A stretch of DNA of 64,000 nt from an uncultured Pelagibacteraceae bacterium (GTDB lineage Bacteria > Pseudomonadota > Alphaproteobacteria > Pelagibacterales > Pelagibacteraceae): positions 6,384 to 70,383 of the forward strand of contig CACDCI010000001.1 of the NCBI GenBank assembly GCA_902551215.1. The letters run 5' to 3'. Below the pieces are notes generated by a model that searched no databases, was not told the DNA's origin, and worked only from the letters and a program-made list of their open reading frames with translations. The translations under genes and the position numbers were made by a program. Positions 10,698-21,203 of the stretch are shown in pieces. Each line of letters begins with the position of its first letter. Position 1 is the first letter of the stretch.

Positions 10698-11432
10698 TTA
10701 AAGGATTTGGCTTAAAAAAAGTTTTGTTCTGTCACTTTTTGGATTAGCAAAAAATTCTTTAGTATTAGCTTTTTCTACAATCATTCCTTCATCCATAAAT
10801 ATTACTTCATCAGCAACTTCTTTTGCAAAACCCATTTCATGAGTAACAACTATCATTGTCATTCCTTGTTTCGCTAAATTAACCATTGCATCAAGAACTT
10901 CTTTTATCATTTCAGGGTCTAATGCTGAAGTTGGTTCGTCAAATAGCATTATTTTTGGTTGCATACAAAGAGCTCTTGCTATTGCACATCTTTGCTGTTG
11001 GCCTCCTGATAATTGACCTGGAAATTTATTTGCTTGATCTTGAATCTGCACTTGTTTCAATTGATTCATCGCTAATTCTTCAGCTTGTTTTTTGGGCATT
11101 TTTTTAACCCAAATTGGCGCCAAGGTGCAATTATCTAGAATTGATAAATGTGGAAATAAATTGAATTGTTGAAACACCATTCCCACTTCTGCTCTAATTT
11201 TTTCAATATCTTTAGTATCTTCAGTAAGTTCATTGCCATCAACAATAATATTTCCTTCTTGATGTTCTTCGAGTCTATTAATGCATCTTATTAATGTTGA
11301 CTTTCCTGAACCAGATGGTCCACATACAACTATTTTTTGCTTTTGTATTACTTCTAAATTAATATTTTTTAAAACTTGAAAATCACCAAACCATTTATTT
11401 ACATCTTTTATTTTGATTATTGCTTCTGACAT
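10698..11432 (-). CDS. aapP: Amino acid ABC transporter ATP-binding protein
   Basis: [27 protein letters not shown]; operon order. Confidence 0.9.
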   Translation of the reverse strand: MSEAIIKIKDVNKWFGDFQVLKNINLEVIQKQKIVVCGPSGSGKSTLIRCINRLEEHQEGNIIVDGNELTEDTKDIEKIRAEVGMVFQQFNLFPHLSILDNCTLAPIWVKKMPKKQAEELAMNQLKQVQIQDQANKFPGQLSGGQQQRCAIARALCMQPKIMLFDEPTSALDPEMIKEVLDAMVNLAKQGMTMIVVTHEMGFAKEVADEVIFMDEGMIVEKANTKEFFANPKSDRTKLFLSQIL

Positions 11433-11438
11433 AATTAT

Positions 11439-12710
11439 CTATCTTTCAGTTTTATATTTTAATTCTAAATTGTAGCTATATTTACTCATAGCATAACAAA
11501 TTATCCAGAAAATTATAGCTGCAAAAACATATCCTTCCATTGCAAAACCAAGCCATTTTGGATTTGTTTTTGCTAAATTCAACATTCCTACTAATTCCAA
11601 TAAACCAACAACAAAAATTAATGGAGTATCTTTTACTAATGCTAAAAATGTATTGGCTATTCCTGGAATTACTAACTTTAATGCTTGAGGCAAAATAACA
11701 AAAATATGCATTTTCCAATAACCCATTCCTAATGATTTAGCAGCATCATATTGACCTCTTGGAAGTGCTTGCAAACCTCCTCTGATAACTTCTGCTACAT
11801 ATGCAGCTTCAAATAAAGATATTGCAATAATTACTCTAACTAATTTATCCATAAAAAAGTCCTCTGGCAAAAACATTGGAAACATTACCGATGACATAAA
11901 TAATACAGTTATTAATGGTACGCCCCTCCAAAACTCTATAAATCCAATAGATATATATCTTACAGTAGGTAATTGTGATCTTCTTCCTAAAGCTAAAAAC
12001 ATTCCTACAGGAAAGCAGAAAATTAAACAAAAGAAAGAAACTATAAAAGTTAATGATAAACCTCCCCAAGCACCAGTTTCGACCCATTCAAGTCCAAATG
12101 CTCCACCTGAAATTAAATAGTAAATTAATATAAAAGCTATAATTGGATAAATAATTACATAATATAAAGTTAATAATTTCTTTAATTTTTCAGAAGGAAT
12201 TAAACCAACACAAGCTAAAGCTATAAGCAAAAAGAAAGATATATTTATTCTCCACTGCAGTTCATTTGGATACATTCCATATACAAATCTTCTTAACCAA
12301 ATTTTGATATAAGTCCAACATGCTCCAGTGCCTGTACAAGCTTCTTTTGAGTCACCAGCAATATTTGCATCTAAAATGAACCAGTTCATTATTGGAGGAA
12401 TTGATTTAATAATTATAAAAATAATTAATAAAGTTAAAACAGCATTAAAGTTATTGGTATTAATTTTTTTATTTAATAAATCTAAATTGTGTATTCCTGA
12501 AAATTCTATTCTAATTAAATGAAGTCCTACAACTCCTAGTATAAATGGCAGAATAGAGCTAATAAAACTTGGCAAAAAAGATGTGATATTAATTTCAAAA
12601 AAAGAACCTAAAAAAACATCTAATATAGCAATTAAAAATAAAAAAGCTCCACTATATAAATAAGTAGTTAAGTTATCTTTATCAGGTTTTAAAAAATTTA
12701 ATTTATTCAT
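11439..12710 (-). CDS. aapM: Amino acid ABC transporter permease
   Basis: GACW, WGGLSLT, RGVPLITVLFM and AEVIRGGLQALPRGQ motifs. Confidence 0.88.
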   Translation of the reverse strand: MNKLNFLKPDKDNLTTYLYSGAFLFLIAILDVFLGSFFEINITSFLPSFISSILPFILGVVGLHLIRIEFSGIHNLDLLNKKINTNNFNAVLTLLIIFIIIKSIPPIMNWFILDANIAGDSKEACTGTGACWTYIKIWLRRFVYGMYPNELQWRINISFFLLIALACVGLIPSEKLKKLLTLYYVIIYPIIAFILIYYLISGGAFGLEWVETGAWGGLSLTFIVSFFCLIFCFPVGMFLALGRRSQLPTVRYISIGFIEFWRGVPLITVLFMSSVMFPMFLPEDFFMDKLVRVIIAISLFEAAYVAEVIRGGLQALPRGQYDAAKSLGMGYWKMHIFVILPQALKLVIPGIANTFLALVKDTPLIFVVGLLELVGMLNLAKTNPKWLGFAMEGYVFAAIIFWIICYAMSKYSYNLELKYKTER

Positions 12711-13861
12711 TATTTTTCTTTAATCGCTATTTTTTTATTATACCAATTCATTATTAATGAAATTGACAAACTAATTGATAAATATGTGAACATAGTAATA
12801 GACACAATTTCTATAGCTCTACCTGTTTGCATTAATGCAGTTCCAGCAAAAACTAAAACTAAATCAGGATATGCTATTGCTGCTGCAAGTGAAGAATTCT
12901 TAGTTAAATTTAAATATTGGTTTGTAGTTGGAGGTATTATAATTCTTAATGCTTGAGGCATAACTACTAATTTTAAAACTTGATTTGGAGTTAATCCTAT
13001 CGATGCAGCAGCTTCTTTTTGACCTTTGCTAATTCCTTGAATTCCAGCTCTTACACATTCAGCTATAAAAGTTGCTGTATATAATGCTAAAGCCAAAGTT
13101 AACGCTATTAATTCAGGTGGAATTCCAAGACCACCTTCATATACAAAAGATGTAGTAGATAGTTGTTTTATTACAGGTACTTCAAAGTCTAAAGAAACAC
13201 CTCCAATTAAAAAACTTAATAATGGTAAAATTATTAACAATCCTGCAGAAATAGAAAAAACCGGCAGTTGTTTGCCTTGATTTTCCTGTAATTTTCTTGC
13301 GTAATTTTTTATTACTACAATAGAAATTATTGCCGCAATTATTGAATAGAAAAATATATCTAAATTTTCCCATACAAAGCGTGGCACAAAAAAACCTTTA
13401 ATTGTTAAGTAAGAAACTCCAAATATAGAATCTGCATCCTGTGGCAAAGGAAGAGCTCTAAGTGCAGCAAAATACCAAAAAAATATTTGTAATAACAATG
13501 GTATATTTCTGAAAAACTCTACATAAAATGCAGCACTTCTCTCAATTAAATAATTAGGTGATAAACGTGCTATTCCAACAATAACACCTATAATTGTTGA
13601 AAAAATAATTCCAATAAAAGCAACCAAAAGAGTGTTTAACAACCCTACCAGATATGCTCTGGCGTAAGAATGAGATCCATCATATTCAATTAGTGAAAAT
13701 TGAACATCAAATGATGATTCTTGAGTTAAAAAACCATAACCAAATTCAATACCTCTATTTTCCATATTAACTTGAGCATTAAATGTAAAAAAACCAAAAA
13801 TTAGAAACACTATTGCTAACGTTATTAATTGTGGAACTATTTTCTTAACTTTAAAATTCAT
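12710..13861 (-). CDS. aapQ: Amino acid ABC transporter permease
   Basis: VGLLNTL, FRNIPLLLQ, AECVRAGI and LNLTKNSSLA motifs. Confidence 0.88.
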   Translation of the reverse strand: MNFKVKKIVPQLITLAIVFLIFGFFTFNAQVNMENRGIEFGYGFLTQESSFDVQFSLIEYDGSHSYARAYLVGLLNTLLVAFIGIIFSTIIGVIVGIARLSPNYLIERSAAFYVEFFRNIPLLLQIFFWYFAALRALPLPQDADSIFGVSYLTIKGFFVPRFVWENLDIFFYSIIAAIISIVVIKNYARKLQENQGKQLPVFSISAGLLIILPLLSFLIGGVSLDFEVPVIKQLSTTSFVYEGGLGIPPELIALTLALALYTATFIAECVRAGIQGISKGQKEAAASIGLTPNQVLKLVVMPQALRIIIPPTTNQYLNLTKNSSLAAAIAYPDLVLVFAGTALMQTGRAIEIVSITMFTYLSISLSISLIMNWYNKKIAIKEK

Positions 13862-13874
13862 AAACAGGGATCAT

Positions 13875-13907
13875 AAAAAAAAGGGCTAGAAAAATCTAGC
13901 CCTTTTT
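13875..13907 (-). terminator. Intrinsic terminator between aapJ and aapQ
   Basis: GGGCTAGA-TTTT-TCTAGCCC followed by T8 on the - strand. Confidence 0.85.
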
Positions 13908-13928
13908 AAACTTTATTATAAGATATAA

Positions 13929-14966
13929 TTATCTTGCTGGTGGTACGTAAAGTATTCCACCTTTAGTCCATAATTGGTTTGGACCTCTATCAGGTAAAAT
14001 ACCAGTGTCTGCTATATTTCTTTTATAACTTTCACCATAGTTACCAACTTGTTTGATAATTCTTAAACTCCACTCATTATCTAAACCAAAAGCAGCACCT
14101 AATTCACCTTCTGCTCCAACAAGTCTCTTAATAGCTGGGTTGTCAGAAGTTTTCATAGAATCTGCATTTGAAGAAGTAATACCGTATTCTTCAGCTTCGA
14201 TCATTACGTTCAAAGACCATCTCACGATATCTTCCCAAACTGCATCACCTTGACGAACAACTGGACCTAATGGTTCTTTTGAAATTGTTTCAGGTAATAC
14301 TATATGGTCATCCGGATTAGTCATTTTTGTTCTTTGAGCAGCTAAACCAGATTTATCAGTAGTGTAAGTATCACATCTACCAGCATCATAAGCAGCAACA
14401 ACTTCGTCAGCTTTTTCAAAAGCTACCGGCTCATAAGAAATTCCTCTAGAAGTAAAGAAGTCTCTCATGTTAAGCTCAGTTGTAGTACCAATGTTTGTAC
14501 AAGCTGAAATTCCATCTTTGAATTGACTCGTAGAAGTTATTCCAGAATCTTTTCTAACCATGAAACCTTGACCATCGTAGAAGTTTACTCCAACGAATGT
14601 AAGACCAATGTCAGCGTCTCTTGAAAGAGTCCAAGTTGTATTTCTTGATAAGATATCAATTTCACCAGATGTTAATGCTGTAAATCTTTCTTTAGCACTT
14701 AGGGGAGTGAACTTAACTTTGTTCGCATCACCTAAAGTTGCTGCAGCAACTGCTCTACACACATCAACGTCAACACCAGTCCAATTTCCAGATGCATCAG
14801 CATTTGAAAATCCTGGAAGACCCTGTGAAACACCACATCTTACAAAACCCTTTTTCTGTGTATTCTTAAGTGTTTTTGATTTCTTTGCCATAGCTTCTGT
14901 TGAAAATGCAAAAAGCACTGCAACCATTGCTACGAAAGAAGTCAATTGTTTTATGTATCTAAACAT
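13929..14966 (-). CDS. aapJ: General L-amino acid ABC transporter substrate-binding protein
   Basis: Signal peptide; CGVSQGLPGFS, LSRNTTWT, ISKEPLGP and VGNYGE motifs. Confidence 0.92.
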   Translation of the reverse strand: MFRYIKQLTSFVAMVAVLFAFSTEAMAKKSKTLKNTQKKGFVRCGVSQGLPGFSNADASGNWTGVDVDVCRAVAAATLGDANKVKFTPLSAKERFTALTSGEIDILSRNTTWTLSRDADIGLTFVGVNFYDGQGFMVRKDSGITSTSQFKDGISACTNIGTTTELNMRDFFTSRGISYEPVAFEKADEVVAAYDAGRCDTYTTDKSGLAAQRTKMTNPDDHIVLPETISKEPLGPVVRQGDAVWEDIVRWSLNVMIEAEEYGITSSNADSMKTSDNPAIKRLVGAEGELGAAFGLDNEWSLRIIKQVGNYGESYKRNIADTGILPDRGPNQLWTKGGILYVPPAR

Positions 14967-15146
14967 TTTTCTTCCTTTATATTATTTTTATTTGTTAACA
15001 AATAATTCAAATTAAATTTGAATTAAATTAATTATCTAATTAATTAAATTTTCTATCAATGAAAATTTTTATCAAACTATATTTAGGTGATAATTTTTTT
15101 GGTAAACTAAATATAGTTAAAAAGAACTACCTGAGATTGCATAAAA

Positions 15147-15223
15147 TGGCGCGCTCTGAAGGATTCGAACCTTCGACCCTCGGTTTAGAAAACCGATGCT
15201 CTATCCAGCTGAGCTAAGAGCGC
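15147..15223 (-). tRNA. tRNA-Arg (TCT)
   Basis: Reverse complement reads GCGCTCTTAGCTCAGCTGGATAGAGCA-TCGGT-TTTCTAA-ACCGA...GGTTCGAATCC...GAGCGCGCCA. Confidence 0.95.
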
Positions 15224-15255
15224 AAAAATATTTTAAGACTATTTATAATACTAAT

Positions 15256-16662
15256 TTAATTTTTAAAAAGGAATTTTTTACAAATAATTAATAAAGTTAA
15301 TAGTTCAACTCTACCGATAATCATAAAAATAATTAAATTTAGTTTGGTAAAAAACTGTAATTCTTCAAAATTAAAATATTCAATACCGTACATAGATGAA
15401 TTAACTGTGTTCATTAAAGTTAAAATAGACAACTTAAATGAATTTTCTAAAGAAATTCCAGAAAAAGTTAAAAAAGAGCTTAAAAAAAACATAGAAATAA
15501 TAAATATTAAAACTGATAAAAAATACTTATCAATTTCAACCTTTTGAAAATTAATTTTTAAAAAAAAATTGGTATTTAAAAAGATATTTTTAGGTCGAAC
15601 ATGTGACATCAAATCATTAATTGCAAATTTAAATAAAGCATAAATTTTTAAAAACCTAATTCCCGAACTAGTAGAAAAAAAAGATCCTCCAATAATTACT
15701 AAAATTAAATAAATAAATGATAAGCTTTGTGGAGATTGATCTAAAGAAACACCAATATTTGAAATACTGCTTGCTAAGGAAAGGAAAATTACACTAAAAT
15801 TATATTCAGAATTGAATAATAAAAAAAACAAAAAAATTAGTGTAATGAAATATAAAAACAAATAAATATCCTCTTGAAAAAAATTAATATTTTTTTTACT
15901 AACAAAAAGTAAATTGTAGCTTAAAAAAATACTAAAAAAAGATACCAGCATCAACAATGCTAAAATAATCTCTTTTGTATTTGTATTTACTAAAGTAGAT
16001 AGATCGTTTACAGGCAAAAAACCTCCAGAGGAAATTAATGACATGCACAAATTGAAAGCGTCAAAAATTCTAAAATCAAAAATATTTAAAAAAATAAATA
16101 TTAAAAAAGTTAATAAAGTATATAAAATTAATATTTTAGATGATTGCTTTAAAGTTTCAGATGTATTGAATGTTAAAAAATTTGTCAAAGATTTTTTTAA
16201 GCTATTGTCAAAAATATCAATCAATAAAATTATTGAAAATAAAAAATAAAGACCTCCAATCCATTGAGATGAAGATCTCCAAATTATTAAACTTTCATCT
16301 AAATGTTTAACATTTTCAAAAATAGTAAATCCTGTTGATGTAAATCCAGAAATTGATTCAAAATAAGAATCTAAAAATGAAATATTATAAATGCTAAAGT
16401 AAAATGGGATTGCAATAATTATAGGTAATATAAAATAACCAGATATTACAGTTAATATTTTATGATAAATTGATATTTTATAATTATCTTTCTTCTTTAT
16501 CAAAAAAATTAAACCTAAAATTAAACTTAAAATTAATGAATAAATGTAACTATCAAGGTTTAAATAAATATTAAAATAATATGAGTAAATTATATTGAAA
16601 AAAGATAGAACAGAAATAATTAATGAAAAAATTCCTAAATATATTAAGCTAAAATAACTCAT
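15256..16662 (-). CDS. trkH: Trk-type potassium uptake membrane protein (divergent)
   Basis: FESISGFTSTGF, WRSSSQWIGG, SSGGF, IGGS..STSSGIR and IIGRVEL motifs; follows trkA. Confidence 0.85.
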   Translation of the reverse strand: MSYFSLIYLGIFSLIISVLSFFNIIYSYYFNIYLNLDSYIYSLILSLILGLIFLIKKKDNYKISIYHKILTVISGYFILPIIIAIPFYFSIYNISFLDSYFESISGFTSTGFTIFENVKHLDESLIIWRSSSQWIGGLYFLFSIILLIDIFDNSLKKSLTNFLTFNTSETLKQSSKILILYTLLTFLIFIFLNIFDFRIFDAFNLCMSLISSGGFLPVNDLSTLVNTNTKEIILALLMLVSFFSIFLSYNLLFVSKKNINFFQEDIYLFLYFITLIFLFFLLFNSEYNFSVIFLSLASSISNIGVSLDQSPQSLSFIYLILVIIGGSFFSTSSGIRFLKIYALFKFAINDLMSHVRPKNIFLNTNFFLKINFQKVEIDKYFLSVLIFIISMFFLSSFLTFSGISLENSFKLSILTLMNTVNSSMYGIEYFNFEELQFFTKLNLIIFMIIGRVELLTLLIICKKFLFKN

Positions 16663-16667
16663 TTAAA

Positions 16668-18041
16668 TTAAATTGAGCTAATACGAAACATATTTTCAAC
16701 TATCGTTAATTGATCTCTCTTTGCTAAAAATACAACAACATCATCTTTTAAAAAAACAAAACTTGAACTAGGAATAATTATATCTTTGCCTCTTGCAATC
16801 GCGCCAATTCTTATTTCATCAGGTAAATTTGAATTTTTAAGTTCTTTATTAATTAATTCAGAGGTTTCTACAATTTCAGCTTCAATGACTTCATACTCAC
16901 CATTTAAAATACTATAAGCTGTTTCGATTGTTCCTTTATGTACATGCTTAAGTATACTTGAAACTGTATTCATCCTTGGATCTATTAAATCATCAATTTT
17001 TAATGAAGATTGCAATAAAGAATAATTGGGCTTATTAATTAACGCCATTGTTCTTTTGTCTTTAGAAAATTTTTCAACTAAAACACTTACCATTAAATTA
17101 TCTTCATCATCATTTGTAAGGGCCAAGACTGTTTCAATCTCTTCTAAATTTGCCTCAGTTAAAACATCTTCATCTAGTCCATTGCCGTTAATAACTATTG
17201 AATTATTAAGTTCGCTAGCGATATATTCAGCTCTATCTTTATTTTTTTCAATTATTTTAATTCTTGCAGATTCAAATGATTGTTCAATATTTTTTGCTAA
17301 ATTAAATCCTATGTTTCCACCACCAATAATCAAAATTTTATTAGATATTTTTTCATTATGTCCAAAAGCAGATAAAGTTAATTGCATTTGAGATGAATTA
17401 ATAATTACATAAGCTTTGTCATTTTCTTCAAGAACATCATTTTTTTTAAGTATAATAAATTTCTCTTTTCTAATAACGCCTAAAATATTAGCTTCTAATT
17501 TAGGAAATTTTTTTGTTAGTGCATTTAATTTAATATTTATTAAAGGGCATGATTTATTTACAGATATTTCTAAAAGTCTAATTTTATTATCAGCAAATGG
17601 CACATTATCTAAAGCACCAGGAGCTTCTAATTTTCTTTGTATGGATTTAGCTATTTCAATTTCGGGTGAAATAATAACATCTATTGGGAGATTTTCTTTA
17701 TTGTAAACTTTTGAAAATTTGGGGTTTAAATAATCTTGTGATCTGATCCTTGCAATTTTTTTTGGTACATGAAAAACAGTATAGGCAATTTGACATATGA
17801 GCATATTAATTTCATCATTTTTAGTAACAGCTATTATCATGTCGGTTTCTGTGGCATTTGCTTTTTCTAATACTGAAGGATATGTCGCTTTACCAACAAT
17901 TGCTTTAACGTCTAAGCTGTCATTAATTTTTTGAATATCTTCACTAGATTGATCTATAACTGTAATTGAATGGTTTTGTTCTACTAGTAGTTTAGCAATA
18001 GTAAAGCCCACTCTTCCAGCACCACAAATTATTATGTTCAT
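16668..18041 (-). CDS. trkA: Trk system NAD-binding regulatory subunit
   Basis: Two RCK domains with GAGRVG and GGGNIG; 457 aa. Confidence 0.94.
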   Translation of the reverse strand: MNIIICGAGRVGFTIAKLLVEQNHSITVIDQSSEDIQKINDSLDVKAIVGKATYPSVLEKANATETDMIIAVTKNDEINMLICQIAYTVFHVPKKIARIRSQDYLNPKFSKVYNKENLPIDVIISPEIEIAKSIQRKLEAPGALDNVPFADNKIRLLEISVNKSCPLINIKLNALTKKFPKLEANILGVIRKEKFIILKKNDVLEENDKAYVIINSSQMQLTLSAFGHNEKISNKILIIGGGNIGFNLAKNIEQSFESARIKIIEKNKDRAEYIASELNNSIVINGNGLDEDVLTEANLEEIETVLALTNDDEDNLMVSVLVEKFSKDKRTMALINKPNYSLLQSSLKIDDLIDPRMNTVSSILKHVHKGTIETAYSILNGEYEVIEAEIVETSELINKELKNSNLPDEIRIGAIARGKDIIIPSSSFVFLKDDVVVFLAKRDQLTIVENMFRISSI

Positions 18042-18042
18042 A

Positions 18043-19398
18043 TTAATTTAAATCTTTAATACCAAGGCCTTTTAATTTCCTGTGCAAAGCGGATCTTTCC
18101 ATGCCAATAAATTTAGCCATTTTTGATATATTGCCACCAAATTTTTTTAATTGAGTTGTTAAGTATTCTTTTTCAAAATTTTCTCTAGCTTCCTTAAGAG
18201 GTATCGATAAAGAATTTTCAACTTTAAAATTGTCTTCTTCTGATGTTTTTAATGATTCTTTAATAATATTTGAAATTTTTTCCTCATTATTTGGTGACAA
18301 TATACCTATTCTTTCAATTAAATTTCTTAATTCCCTTACATTTCCTGGCCAATTATAATTAATTAAATAATGATTATTTGAATCAATATTCAATTTTTTC
18401 AAGTTATAGCTTTCAATAATTTTTTTAGAAAAATATTCAATTAATAAAGGTATGTCTGAAACTCTACTGCTTAAAGGTTCAATGTCAATTTGAAAGACAT
18501 TCAATCTATGAAATAAGTCCTCCCTAAAATTACCAGATCTAATTTCATTTTTTATATCTTTGCTTGATGAACAAATAATTCTTACATCGACATTTATGTC
18601 ATGATTACCATTAATTCTTTTAAATTTTTGATCAATTAATACTCTTAATATTTTAGATTGTGTTTCTAAAGGAATCTCAGAAACTTCATCAATTAATAAT
18701 ATTCCACCAGTTGCTTTTTCTAATGCACCATATGATATTGATCCATTATTTTTTTCTTCTCCAAATAATTCTTCTTCATATTTTTTTACATCTAATAGTG
18801 CGCCATTTAAAATAATGAAAGGTTCTTTTTTTCTTTTTGATAATTTATGAATTTTTCTCGCAATTAATTCTTTGCCAGATCCTGTTGGGCCATTAATAAA
18901 AATTCTACTTTCAGAATTAGATAACTTTAAAATTTGCTCTCTAATTTTTTCAATATTTGAGCTATTCCCAATAAGCTCAAAAGAATGAAAAAGCTTAGTT
19001 TCCAATTCCTTATTTTGATTTTTTAATTTAAAATTTTCAATAGCTCTATTAATAAAATTCATCAATCTATTTTGATCAAAAGGTTTTTGTATAAACTCAA
19101 ATGCTCCAGACTTTAAAGATTTAACTGCCATTTCAATATTTGCATGACCAGAAATAATTATTACTGGTATGTCATTATTTTTTTTTTTAATATGAGATAA
19201 AAGTTCAATTCCATCATTATCTCCTTTGTCTAATTTAACATCAATAATTGCCACATCTGGTAATTTCTTATCAATTTCAGTTAATGCTTGATTATAATTT
19301 GCTGCAACTCTTGTTTTGTAGCCGGCATCATTAATTAGATCGTTTAGAATATTTCTAATATCAGCATTATCATCTACAATTAATATTTCAGTCGACAT
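18043..19398 (-). CDS. ntrX: NtrC-family response regulator NtrX
   Basis: Receiver domain (ISGHANIE), AAA+ GPTGSGKE and WPGNVREL without GAFTGA, Fis-type HTH GMERSALHRK; downstream of ntrY. Confidence 0.92.
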   Translation of the reverse strand: MSTEILIVDDNADIRNILNDLINDAGYKTRVAANYNQALTEIDKKLPDVAIIDVKLDKGDNDGIELLSHIKKKNNDIPVIIISGHANIEMAVKSLKSGAFEFIQKPFDQNRLMNFINRAIENFKLKNQNKELETKLFHSFELIGNSSNIEKIREQILKLSNSESRIFINGPTGSGKELIARKIHKLSKRKKEPFIILNGALLDVKKYEEELFGEEKNNGSISYGALEKATGGILLIDEVSEIPLETQSKILRVLIDQKFKRINGNHDINVDVRIICSSSKDIKNEIRSGNFREDLFHRLNVFQIDIEPLSSRVSDIPLLIEYFSKKIIESYNLKKLNIDSNNHYLINYNWPGNVRELRNLIERIGILSPNNEEKISNIIKESLKTSEEDNFKVENSLSIPLKEARENFEKEYLTTQLKKFGGNISKMAKFIGMERSALHRKLKGLGIKDLN

Positions 19399-21172
19399 TT
19401 TTTGGTAGTTTTACAATAATTTTAGCACCCACATCTTGTTTTTTAAATTCAATAGTACCTTCATGATCATTAATTATTTTACTTACTATTGATAAACCTA
19501 ATCCACTTCCTTTTGACTTTGTTGTATAATAAGGCTTTAAAATATTTCTTAAATTAATTTCAGAAAAACCAGTTCCATTATCAGTTAATATAAATTCTAT
19601 ATAATCATTTTTGCTTATTATTACTATACTAATTTTTTTAGCAAAATCAGTGTTTTTAGCTTGCCTTTCATGAATGCTTTCTATTGAATTTTTAATTAAA
19701 TTAAAAAAAACTCTGCTTATTTGTTCGCTATCACAATTAAATAAAATTTTATTTTTTTTGTAATTAAAGTCTATATAAATATTTAAATCAATTTCTCTTA
19801 ATAAATTAATATTATCTTTAATTATAGTAATTAAATCATTTTGTTTAAAAATTGGTTTGGGCATCCTGGCAAAATCAGAAAACTCATTAACTAAATTTTC
19901 AATCTGTTTTATTTGCTTAATAATAGTTTTTAAATAATTGTTAAAGTTATCCTTGTCTGAAGAAATTAACATTTCTGAATATTTGTCTTTAAGTCTATCA
20001 ATTGTTAATTGAATTGGAGTTAAAGGATTTTTAATTTCATGTGCTAATTTTCTTGCAACACTTTCCCAGGCCTCATGTCTTTCAGCAATTAATAATTTAT
20101 CTTGTTGATATTTAAGTTGGTCAATCATTTTATTAAAATTTTTATTTAAAGTTTCAAGTTCTACATCGCTACTAATTTCAGGAACTTTGCTTTCCAAATT
20201 ACCTTTTCCAATTTTGGATGATGCGGATATAAGATTATTTATTGATCTAAAAAATCTTGAAGAAAATTTAATTGCTACAGAAATTGATAAAAATAATAAC
20301 AAAGATACAACAACTAAATAAATAAATATAAAAGATATTTTTATGCCTGTTCTTTCATCTTCAACAGTATAATAAAAGTTTAAAGCTTCTGATGCATCTT
20401 GTAAATATCCAGATATTTGCTCGTCTATAAATTTTACAACGTAAAGATAAGTGTCGATATAGTTATCAAGTTTTAATATTGCAGAAGATTTATTTTCATA
20501 TGCATTAATAATTTTCAAAGGTTTTTCATCCACAAAAACCATTTCTAAAGCTTCTTTGCTTGGTTCAATAAAAGTGCTATACTCATTCAAAGTTGATGTA
20601 ATTAAATTCCCTGCGCTATCAATTAAATGTATTTCATCTACGTCTCTAATCAATTTTTGATTCATTAAAAAATTTTTAAATCTATTTGGATTGTCATAAA
20701 ATAAATTAACGTTTTTGTTGAGATCAAAACCGATTAAAACTATATCAGATTCAATTTTGTTTCTTACATCATCAACGTAGTTTTTTGCTACCTCATATGA
20801 ATTATTTACAGCGGTAGTTATTTTTTTATCAAAATATTTTTCTAATGCGAATGAGAATAAAAATAATGAAAAAACTGAAATCAATATTGAAGGTATTAAA
20901 GTAAATAAAGTAAAAAAACCTATATATTTAGTTCCAGATGTTTTCTTACCAATATTTATGTCATTTCTAAGAGAATTTTTAACTTCAATAAAAATAATAA
21001 TAAAAAAAATTACAAGTAAAATTACATTAAAAATTAACAAAAATTGAAGATTAGTTTCATTTAGTTCGATAAAACTTTTATCTATAAAGGTTAAAAATGT
21101 TAAAAAACCAACTGTTAAGGTGATAATAAATATTAAAATGATAAATATATTTTTTTTGATAAAATCTAACAT
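19388..21172 (-). CDS. ntrY: Sensor histidine kinase NtrY
   Basis: TM helices, HAMP domain, AWESVARKLAHEIKNPLTPIQL, EFSDFARMP, GSGLGL. Confidence 0.9.
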   Translation of the reverse strand: MLDFIKKNIFIILIFIITLTVGFLTFLTFIDKSFIELNETNLQFLLIFNVILLVIFFIIIFIEVKNSLRNDINIGKKTSGTKYIGFFTLFTLIPSILISVFSLFLFSFALEKYFDKKITTAVNNSYEVAKNYVDDVRNKIESDIVLIGFDLNKNVNLFYDNPNRFKNFLMNQKLIRDVDEIHLIDSAGNLITSTLNEYSTFIEPSKEALEMVFVDEKPLKIINAYENKSSAILKLDNYIDTYLYVVKFIDEQISGYLQDASEALNFYYTVEDERTGIKISFIFIYLVVVSLLLFLSISVAIKFSSRFFRSINNLISASSKIGKGNLESKVPEISSDVELETLNKNFNKMIDQLKYQQDKLLIAERHEAWESVARKLAHEIKNPLTPIQLTIDRLKDKYSEMLISSDKDNFNNYLKTIIKQIKQIENLVNEFSDFARMPKPIFKQNDLITIIKDNINLLREIDLNIYIDFNYKKNKILFNCDSEQISRVFFNLIKNSIESIHERQAKNTDFAKKISIVIISKNDYIEFILTDNGTGFSEINLRNILKPYYTTKSKGSGLGLSIVSKIINDHEGTIEFKKQDVGAKIIVKLPKNVD

Positions 21173-21203
21173 TGTGTAATAAATAGCTAATTATAATTTA
21201 TTC

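Noticed and set aside
15121-15255. tRNA-Arg as an integration hotspot
   Set aside because: Flanked directly by trkH and the aapJ upstream region, with no att duplication or foreign genes seen.
18043-19398. Missing GAFTGA loop in the NtrC-like protein as a novelty
   Set aside because: This is a known property of NtrX proteins.
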